Below the pieces are notes generated by a model that did no database searches, was not told the origin of the DNA, and saw only the letters and a program-made list of their open reading frames with translations. From Bacteroides sp. (GTDB lineage: Bacteria > Bacteroidota > Bacteroidia > Bacteroidales > Bacteroidaceae), in contig JAVBVL010000019.1 of assembly GCA_031554285.1 (NCBI GenBank), positions 9,768 through 73,767 of the forward strand: DNA of 64,000 nucleotides, in the 5' to 3' direction. The translations under genes and the position numbers were made by a program. This document shows positions 9,218 through 16,724 of the stretch, in pieces (position 1 is the stretch's first letter; the number at the start of each line of letters is the position of its first letter).

Positions 9218-12200
9218 TTATTTTTCGTCGAAGAATTGTAAAATGCCTTTCATCAGTGCTTCCCGTTCACAGGCGGTACGAACCGATTCGAAGGGGAATC
9301 CCAGGATGCAGGTTTTGTAGTTTCCACGGTAGGCCACTCCCGCACTCAGGTTGTTTTCCGAGTAACGAATAATGGTAGCCGCTTCCGGAGCGGTGGGTTC
9401 AATGGCATCGGGCGATTCTACGATGTAGCCATCCGGATTCAACTCGCTGAAATAGCTGTAAGTGCCTGTAATGGAGGTAAACGGTGAGGCTACGCTCTTT
9501 ACCTGTCCTGTTTTGGCTGCTTGTCCTACCCGCCATTTGTATTTCAATACGTCGGTGGCAAACTTTCTGTCAGCTTCTTGGCTTGTGGTAAGATGGTTAT
9601 CCCATAAGTCAGAAGCTACATAGGCACCCGATACAAAGAAGTTTCCTCCTGCCTGGCAGTATGCTGTGACAGCCTCTTGCATGGGGGCAGAGAACGTTTT
9701 GTACTCCAACGGATGTATCTTTCCGTGTCCTACCTTTGTCTGGCACTCTTTACCCAGAATAAGGTCTACGTACTTGTACTGGTTCAAAGAAACCTGCTTA
9801 CTCTCAACCGCCTCATCGCTGCACGAAGTAAAGGAGTAACCGGTTTTCAGGATAGCACTTCCGTGTACGGCGGGATAATCAAAGGTGTTTCCGGCAATAA
9901 CCATGGTTTCGTGCGTAGCGTAGCTGTCGCCAAAGCCCGAAGCATCATCGTCCATCCAGGGTACCTTGCGGCGGAACTCTTTCATGCTTCCAATAAAGCT
10001 GATGTCTTCTTTATAAGGAACACCGTAATCCAATTGGTCCAGGAATCCGGCGATGGAATCGGCCTGTGCATCGAAATCGGCGGGTGCGCTGATGCGGTCG
10101 AAACCGTTTACCACCAATACCGTACCTTTACTGTTGAACGCTTTGCCTGCCGAGAGAATTTCGGACGGGAAACTTTCGCCTCCTTTGTTTAGGGCGGTTA
10201 CCTTGAAACTGCATACCACACCTGCCGGAATAACCGTACGGTATTGGGTACCCTTCACTACGCGCCCGTTATCAAATGCTCCTTCACCGATTCGGGTGTA
10301 CACCACATATTGTTCGGTTTTGGCAGTAGGTTCTAACGGGTCTTCAACGGGCTGCCAGGATAGTTCTATTTCATTCTCGCCTACAAACCCCAGACTCATA
10401 TGGTCAACCGGTAAGGGTTGTACTACGTAGTCCATTTTATATTGCGAGCACACAAACTGCAGGATGCCTTTATAAATAGCGCGGCTTACGGTAAAGCGGA
10501 AACGAGGGTCGAGGCCGTAACGCATGTCGGCAAAGTTTTGGTGTGAGAGCAGTTCCAGCAACATGGCAGGTACTTTAGGAACGCGGGCTTCAAAGTACGA
10601 CTGGTTCCACATGCCGCGGCGCGACCACTTGGGTTCGTACAGTGTGCGGATATCCCGTACAATGTTGCTTTGAATTAGGTCGGTAAGGTCGCGTGCGGCA
10701 TAACGGGAAGTGCCGTTGGCATACACCCCATTGTCAACTGCCGTATGGAAGATACCCAGTGTGCCGATGATAGAATCGTTCAAGGTAGTTCCGGCATCAG
10801 TATGGAAAGCTAATGACATATCCATCGGGATGTGCAAACCCTCTTCTGTGGGATTAACCGGTGAACCGCCTGCCAGGTAATTCACCCATTTGCCGCGTGC
10901 TTTATAATCGTCGGTATAATCGTTCTTGCCGTGACTGTCGGAGTAGATGCTATCCGGAACACCCGCCCACTGCATCCAGTAACGGGCGCCTTCGGTAAAG
11001 CGGGGGTAACCGCTTGTTTCGTACGGGTAATCTGCTTGGGGGATAGAACGCTGAACCGAAGCCACGGCATCCGAACTTTTCACATTCTCGGTAGCGCCCT
11101 CTTGGGAGATGCGGCGTGCAATATTGCCGTATCCACCGCCAATTTTCACGGCATCGGCTGTTATTATTCTTCCGGCTTTGTCCGAACGGTTGCTCAGGGT
11201 TACCTTTCCGCCGGCGTTGCATCCGGCTTCAAAAGTAAAGTGACCTAAGTAAATCCAGGTGCCGCCACCCATCTGCTGGTTCACTTTGAATTGTGAAGTA
11301 CCTCCGTTGTGATATACGGTGTACAGAGCATCGTCTGCACTGTTTTCTACCGTTTGGTACGATACATATACGGCATACGAACCTTTTGCCGGGATAGCGG
11401 GTATCCATTCGGCAAGGCTTTCGTTACCTTTCTTAATGGTTTCTATCTGGCGGAAGGTACCTTCCTTGAACGGATTCTCAAAGTCGATGTATTGTGCACG
11501 CAAGTGGGCAAATCCCGGCTTGCTGCCCGTTTGCCAGTTACGGTCGCCCGGTAGCTCGGAGTACACGGAGCGGTTGTTCAGGCAGCCGTCATTGTCAACC
11601 ACCACTTCGGCGCTTTGTGTGTCGCGCTCACGGGGAATCAATACATTGGCGCCCGCGTTCTCCAACATCGGCACTACAAACGGGAGTACATAGCTTTGGG
11701 TGTATAAATCTTCTACGGTTTGGAAGATACGCGCCCGCTGCCACTCCCAACGGGTGAGTTTGGCTTCGTAGTAGAAACCGTGACTTTGCCAAATGGCGAG
11801 GTGGCGGTTCAGTAGTCCGTTGGTGGGGGTGTACGGAACCGACAGGCGGGTAACCAGCGGCTTGTCCACCCGGTTACTGAATGTCTCTGCTTTCTTATCC
11901 TTTTTGCTACGTAATGCCAGTGGGATTAACTCCTCAATGGCATGGCGGTCGGTACGTATCTGCAGTTGGTAGTTGGCCAACTCGGCAGGCAACAACGCCC
12001 GTACCCCTTCATAAATCTGTGCCACATTCTCCTCGCGGAACGGAATGTATCCACAATTGGCATTGGCAAACAGCACTAACTTCTTGCCGTCTACAGCTAC
12101 TGAGTCGATGTTGATACGCCCGATGGCTAAATCTTGCCGGGCAGTAGTTGTCAGGTACTTGCCTATCTCCTGGCGAACTTCGGGAGAAAGGCTTTGCGCC

Positions 12201-12265
12201 GCTGCCGTCCGGGGGAGCAGACAAGCAACGGCTAAAGCTGATAAAAGCGAATAGATAACCTTCAT
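9218..12265 (-). CDS. Large secreted 'xanthan lyase'-type protein: Amidase_3-like catalytic motifs, CBM/golvesin-like insert and FN3 domain
   Basis: Signal peptide; IWQSHG, QTVEDL, AFHTDAG and LLELLSHQN motifs; ADAVK CBM-like end; IELSW...FKVTALNKGGES FN3. Confidence 0.7.
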   Translation of the reverse strand: MKVIYSLLSALAVACLLPRTAAAQSLSPEVRQEIGKYLTTTARQDLAIGRINIDSVAVDGKKLVLFANANCGYIPFREENVAQIYEGVRALLPAELANYQLQIRTDRHAIEELIPLALRSKKDKKAETFSNRVDKPLVTRLSVPYTPTNGLLNRHLAIWQSHGFYYEAKLTRWEWQRARIFQTVEDLYTQSYVLPFVVPMLENAGANVLIPRERDTQSAEVVVDNDGCLNNRSVYSELPGDRNWQTGSKPGFAHLRAQYIDFENPFKEGTFRQIETIKKGNESLAEWIPAIPAKGSYAVYVSYQTVENSADDALYTVYHNGGTSQFKVNQQMGGGTWIYLGHFTFEAGCNAGGKVTLSNRSDKAGRIITADAVKIGGGYGNIARRISQEGATENVKSSDAVASVQRSIPQADYPYETSGYPRFTEGARYWMQWAGVPDSIYSDSHGKNDYTDDYKARGKWVNYLAGGSPVNPTEEGLHIPMDMSLAFHTDAGTTLNDSIIGTLGIFHTAVDNGVYANGTSRYAARDLTDLIQSNIVRDIRTLYEPKWSRRGMWNQSYFEARVPKVPAMLLELLSHQNFADMRYGLDPRFRFTVSRAIYKGILQFVCSQYKMDYVVQPLPVDHMSLGFVGENEIELSWQPVEDPLEPTAKTEQYVVYTRIGEGAFDNGRVVKGTQYRTVIPAGVVCSFKVTALNKGGESFPSEILSAGKAFNSKGTVLVVNGFDRISAPADFDAQADSIAGFLDQLDYGVPYKEDISFIGSMKEFRRKVPWMDDDASGFGDSYATHETMVIAGNTFDYPAVHGSAILKTGYSFTSCSDEAVESKQVSLNQYKYVDLILGKECQTKVGHGKIHPLEYKTFSAPMQEAVTAYCQAGGNFFVSGAYVASDLWDNHLTTSQEADRKFATDVLKYKWRVGQAAKTGQVKSVASPFTSITGTYSYFSELNPDGYIVESPDAIEPTAPEAATIIRYSENNLSAGVAYRGNYKTCILGFPFESVRTACEREALMKGILQFFDEK

Positions 12266-12277
12266 TATTGTGTTAAG

Positions 12278-13729
12278 TTAATTGTTTCTTTTCTTAATCA
12301 GGATGCACAGCCCGATAAACGTAAACAGTGCATTGAAAATAAGTAGTTCATAACTGAACTTGTATCCGTTAAACCAGGCTTCCGAGTTTTTTTGCAGGAT
12401 GAAGCAAAGAATGGGCGAAAGGATGGCTACCAATGGAATGAATCTGTCTTGTACCTTCTTTTTGGTAAAAATACCGAAGGCAAACAATCCCAGGATAGGA
12501 CCGTAGGTGTAACTGGCCAGGATGTATACCGCATCGATTACGCTGGTATTATTGAGCAGGTTGATAACGAATATTACCACGCCCATTACCACTGCCATGC
12601 CTACATGTACCCGCTTGCGGATGCGTGCCAACTCAAACTCGGCACGGTCTTTCGCCCCCAGTATATCTACCGTAAAGGAGGTGGTAAGCGCTGTTAAAGC
12701 CGAACCGGCTGCCGCGTAGGCGGAAGAAATCAGTCCGATGATGAACAAGATACCTACGATAGCCGGGAAGTAACCGCCTGTGGCAATCATGGGGAACAGC
12801 TCGTCACTCTTTGCCGGGTTTTGTATGCCTTGTTTGGCGGTAAACAGGTAAAGTAGCACGCCCAGCATAAGGAACAACAGGATGATGAAGAACTGCGAGA
12901 TACCGCTGGTAATCATATTTTTCTGCGAATCCTTGAAGTTCTTGCAACTCAGGTTGCGTTGCATCATGTCCTGGTCGAGCCCGGTCATGGCAATCATGGT
13001 AAATACCCCTGCCAGGAATTGCTTGAAGAAGTATCGCTTGTCGTTCACATCGTCAAAGAAGAACATGCGCGAGAGTTCGCTGTCGTTAATAGCTGTGAGC
13101 ATACCGCTGAATCCCAGGTTCAGGTCGCCGGCAATGTAGTAGATACATAATACCACCGATACCACCAGGCAGAATGTTTTTAACGAATCGGTCCATATCA
13201 ACGACTTTACGCCACCCCGGTAGGTGTACAACCATACCAACGCTACGGTAGCCGCCACATTCAGGATAAACGGTAGGTGGAGCGGGTCGAAAACCAACAG
13301 TTGCAGGGTAAGGCATACCAGAAACAAACGCACGGCAGCCCCCAACATCTTGGAGATAAAGAAGAACCAGGCACCTGTTTTATACGAAGAGATTCCGAAA
13401 CGGTTTTCCAGGTACTCGTAAATAGATACCAGGTTCATCCGGTAGAACAACGGAATGAGCACAAAGGCAATGATAAACTGTCCCGCAACGAAACCCAGCA
13501 CCATCTGCAGATAAGCAAAGCCGCTGGCACTCACCATGCCCGGAACCGATACAAAGGTAACCCCCGAGATACTGGAACCTATCATGGCAAACGCCACCAC
13601 GTACCAGGACGATTTGCGGTTGCCTACAAAGAAACCTTCGCTGTCGGCCTTGCGCCCGGCAATGTAAGATACGGTGAACAACAGGATGAAATACACCGCA
13701 ATGGTAATCAGTATCGATACAGGACTCAT
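12278..13729 (-). CDS. Sodium:solute symporter (SSS family)
   Basis: FFVGNR, SISGVTFVSVPG, SIYEYLENRFG, GGVKSLIWTD and DQDMMQR motifs; many TM helices. Confidence 0.9.
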   Translation of the reverse strand: MSPVSILITIAVYFILLFTVSYIAGRKADSEGFFVGNRKSSWYVVAFAMIGSSISGVTFVSVPGMVSASGFAYLQMVLGFVAGQFIIAFVLIPLFYRMNLVSIYEYLENRFGISSYKTGAWFFFISKMLGAAVRLFLVCLTLQLLVFDPLHLPFILNVAATVALVWLYTYRGGVKSLIWTDSLKTFCLVVSVVLCIYYIAGDLNLGFSGMLTAINDSELSRMFFFDDVNDKRYFFKQFLAGVFTMIAMTGLDQDMMQRNLSCKNFKDSQKNMITSGISQFFIILLFLMLGVLLYLFTAKQGIQNPAKSDELFPMIATGGYFPAIVGILFIIGLISSAYAAAGSALTALTTSFTVDILGAKDRAEFELARIRKRVHVGMAVVMGVVIFVINLLNNTSVIDAVYILASYTYGPILGLFAFGIFTKKKVQDRFIPLVAILSPILCFILQKNSEAWFNGYKFSYELLIFNALFTFIGLCILIKKRNN

Positions 13730-13747
13730 ACTAACAACAACTAAATA

Positions 13748-14914
13748 TTATTCTTGATAAAGCAGGTACGGTTTGCGTTGCACGAGGAACTTTTCCACAT
13801 CCCCTTTCCACATCGCTTTGATTTCGTCGGCCTCTTTGCCTTCCTCAATCATCTTACGTACATAATCAACGCCAATTAACCGTTCAAAAAACGGGCGGAA
13901 GAAATGGTCGTCCATGTTCATGTTGCGGTACGCATCGATTACATAGCTCAAATCTACACCTTTTTTCCAGATTTCTTCGTCACTAAGTCCGCTTAAATTT
14001 ACGCCGTGGCACAATTTGTTAAGCTGCGGCGGATTTTTGGCTCCCGGAATACTCCGTGGGGTAAAACTGTAACTGTATCCTTTCATATTGGGGTGTCCGT
14101 ACACCTGAAACGGAAGCGAAGTACCTCTCCCCAGACTAACGGGGGTTGCCTCAAAGAGGCAGGTAGACGGGTAGAGGTAAATCGCTTTCATATCAGGCAA
14201 ATTAGGAGAGGGGGGTATGGGTAAACGATACATAGTTTGATGCGTGTAGTTGCGGCAGGGGATAACTGTCAGGTCGCATACCCGCGAACCCGGCAGCCAA
14301 TGCTCGCCGTTAATCATCCGGGCTAATTCGCCCAGGGTCATGCCATGTACCACGGGGATGGGCAACCAACCCACGCCCGATTTGTATTTCATATCTAATA
14401 TAGGTCCGTCTACGTAATGCCCGTTGGGATTGGGACGGTCCAGAATCAATACCTTCCGGTTGAATTCCGCGCAAGCATCCATTAGCCGGGCCATAGATAT
14501 ATAATAGGTGTAGAAACGCAAGCCCACGTCCTGAATGTCTACCACCAAAATATCAAACTTGCGCATGGAGGCTTCACTCGGCTTACCGGCTACCCCATCG
14601 TATAACGACAAGATGGGTACGCCCGTTTTCTTATCTGTCGAACTCTTCACGTGTTCACCTGCATCTGCATCGCCACGGAATCCATGCTCGGGTGAGAAGA
14701 TGGCCACTACGTTCAGTTTGTTTTCAACCAGTACGTCCACCAGGTGCTTGTCGCCTATCATTCCCGTGTGGTTCGAAAATACGGCCACCCGCTTATTCTT
14801 TAATATAGGGAAATACTCCGATGTCAGTTCGGCACCTACCTTGACAGGTTCCTTCTGCGCCATGCACAACAAGGTGAGGGTGAGTAGAAAAGTGATGGAA
14901 AATAGTCTTTTCAT
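13748..14914 (-). CDS. namZ: Second exo-beta-N-acetylmuramidase NamZ family (DUF1343/GH171)
   Basis: Signal peptide; FSPEHGFRG, DIQDVGLRFYTY, LDRPNPNG, HGMTLGE, PPSPNL and SLGRGT motifs. Confidence 0.9.
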   Translation of the reverse strand: MKRLFSITFLLTLTLLCMAQKEPVKVGAELTSEYFPILKNKRVAVFSNHTGMIGDKHLVDVLVENKLNVVAIFSPEHGFRGDADAGEHVKSSTDKKTGVPILSLYDGVAGKPSEASMRKFDILVVDIQDVGLRFYTYYISMARLMDACAEFNRKVLILDRPNPNGHYVDGPILDMKYKSGVGWLPIPVVHGMTLGELARMINGEHWLPGSRVCDLTVIPCRNYTHQTMYRLPIPPSPNLPDMKAIYLYPSTCLFEATPVSLGRGTSLPFQVYGHPNMKGYSYSFTPRSIPGAKNPPQLNKLCHGVNLSGLSDEEIWKKGVDLSYVIDAYRNMNMDDHFFRPFFERLIGVDYVRKMIEEGKEADEIKAMWKGDVEKFLVQRKPYLLYQE

Positions 14915-14947
14915 ACGTATTATCTTTTAAGGAGAAGTAAACAATAG

Positions 14948-14955
14948 CAAAGATA
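14948..14955 (-). promoter_or_regulatory. Bacteroidetes -7 promoter element (TATCTTTG) for the leftward muramidase operon
   Basis: CAAAGATA on + strand reads TAnnTTTG on -, ~35 nt upstream of the namZ start. Confidence 0.6.
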
Positions 14956-15042
14956 GGATTAATTTTAAAATCAGAAACATCTATTTAGATATATTTAGGA
15001 TTATAATCAATAATTTGCAAATGGGGTGTCCAATGTATTCCT

Positions 15043-15408
15043 TAATATCCTCCATGAGCATAAAATGTGATTTAATTCGCCATTCGCCATCTTTTTGGAC
15101 TTATCTATTTGATTACCTGATAAATAATCGATGGCGAATCCCTTTTTGATTCGCCATTGATTCGCCATTTCTGAGGGTATTCGCCATTGTTATCAATAAA
15201 CTATAATAAGTTTGTTACATCAGATGAAACCAATGGTTCATGGGCTAAACCGTTGGTTTCAAGAGCAAAACCGGTAGTTTCAAGAGCGAAACTACCGGTA
15301 TCAGCAAGGAAACTTACTGGTTTCTGTCCATGAAACTTTTAGTTTTAGTAGTTGGAACAAAAGGTTTCCGGGCATGGAACTATTAGTTTCAGCTAATGAA
15401 ACTAATAG
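15043..15408. repeat. Dispersed intergenic element, copy 1 (ATTCGCCAT block plus GAAAC-N5-GTTTC array)
   Basis: Colinear with 55083-55463; five direct and one inverted ATTCGCCAT; 8-9 units of ~21-22 bp. Confidence 0.9.
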
Positions 15409-15510
15409 ATTGCCGGTGGGACTTTGACCGAAAGAGGTTGTGGCTTTCCGATAAAGTAATTGGAAATTTTATTTTTAGTGCTAAAAATGCGTAAAGCTCA
15501 AAAAATATAA

Positions 15511-15518
15511 TATATTTG
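15511..15518 (+). promoter_or_regulatory. -7 promoter element (TATATTTG) for the kinase gene
   Basis: TAnnTTTG 25 nt upstream of ATG 15543. Confidence 0.6.
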
Positions 15519-15542
15519 TAACCAAATCAAAAAAAATGCGAA

Positions 15543-16391
15543 ATGAAACTGATTGCAGAAAGTGGTTCTACGCGAACTGAATGGGTTTTGGTGGAAGATG
15601 ATCACCTTATACAACGGGTGTTCACGGAAGGGTTAAACCCTTTCTTTCAGACTCGTAGAGAAGTTAGCCGGAGCGTACGCCTGGGATTACCCGAGACTTT
15701 TTTCAAAAGGAAACTGGAACAAGTTCATTTCTATGGTGCCGGTTGTAGCTCACATGAGAAGAAAAACATGATGGGCGCTTCGCTCGTGGCGCAATTTAAA
15801 ACCCCCATCCAGGTAGAGAGCGATTTGCTGGCGGCTGCCCGTGGTTTGTTTAAATGTGAGCCCGGAATAGCCTGTATCCTGGGTACAGGCTCCAATTCAT
15901 GCTTTTACGATGGTAAAATTATTGCGCGTAATGTACGTGCTGCCGGTTATATTTTGGGCGACGAAGGCAGTGGCGCCGCGCTGGGGAAACTCTTCCTGGC
16001 GGATGTGCTGAAGGGTCTTGCCCCCAAGCATCTTTCGAACGCTTTCTTCGAGAAATTCCGTATTACCCCCAATGATGTAATGGAGTCGGTGTACAACCGT
16101 CCTTTCCCCAACCGCTTCCTGTCTACCATCTCTTATTTTCTTGCCGACTACTTGGACGATGAATATGTGTATCGCATGCTAATCAATAACTTACGCAACT
16201 TCTTTAACCGTAATGTATGCCAATACGACTATAAAAACTACCCCATTCGCTTCGTAGGTTCGGTGGCGTATGCATACGCCGATGTGTTGCGCCGCGTAGC
16301 GGGTGAATTCGACGTGGTGTTAGATAAAATTGAAGAAACTCCCATGGATGGTTTGATTGAATTCCATGCCATGAACATTGAAGAGCACTAA
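15543..16391 (+). CDS. BadF/BcrAD-type ASKHA sugar kinase (GlcNAc/MurNAc kinase-like)
   Basis: IAESGSTRTEW, GLNPF, FYGAGC, SDLLAAAR, ILGTGSNS, LGDEGSG and FVGSVA motifs. Confidence 0.8.
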   Translation: MKLIAESGSTRTEWVLVEDDHLIQRVFTEGLNPFFQTRREVSRSVRLGLPETFFKRKLEQVHFYGAGCSSHEKKNMMGASLVAQFKTPIQVESDLLAAARGLFKCEPGIACILGTGSNSCFYDGKIIARNVRAAGYILGDEGSGAALGKLFLADVLKGLAPKHLSNAFFEKFRITPNDVMESVYNRPFPNRFLSTISYFLADYLDDEYVYRMLINNLRNFFNRNVCQYDYKNYPIRFVGSVAYAYADVLRRVAGEFDVVLDKIEETPMDGLIEFHAMNIEEH

Positions 16392-16514
16392 AAATCTCCT
16401 TTTATATCTCTCTTTTTAGATGAAATGCCTTACGGATTTCCGCAGGCAATTGTGAATATATAAATATAAATCTAAAATATATTAAATAAATGTTCTCGAT
16501 ATTGAATTAATATA

Positions 16515-16522
16515 TATATTTG
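16515..16522 (+). promoter_or_regulatory. -7 promoter element (TATATTTG) upstream of susC, implying a ~200-nt leader
   Basis: TAnnTTTG in an AT-rich intergenic region. Confidence 0.5.
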
Positions 16523-16724
16523 CTATTGGTTGATTTCCGACCAGTAAATCACCGCCCTATGTACCCCGTTTTTTTAGTGCCTCTTATATAATAAGGAATA
16601 TAGTTCTAACTTTTAATATACTGATGTATGAAAACAATCCTTTATCCCCCATAAACAGTGTGCTGTTTACGCCCCCTATTGTGTTTTAGAAATTCTATTC
16701 AATCAATTAACTAATTAATCTATT

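Noticed and set aside
15226-15408. CRISPR or guide-RNA array (GTTTC...GAAAC resembles CRISPR repeat ends)
   Set aside because: Variable segments are only 5-7 nt, repeats are degenerate, and there is no cas or other effector gene nearby. The same applies at 30.6 and 55.3 kb.
14915-15542. Invertible (phase-variable) promoter
   Set aside because: No long IR pair brackets either TAnnTTTG box, and there is no recombinase in the window
16426-16448. Terminator after the kinase gene
   Set aside because: Short bulged hairpin with no U-tract; too weak to call
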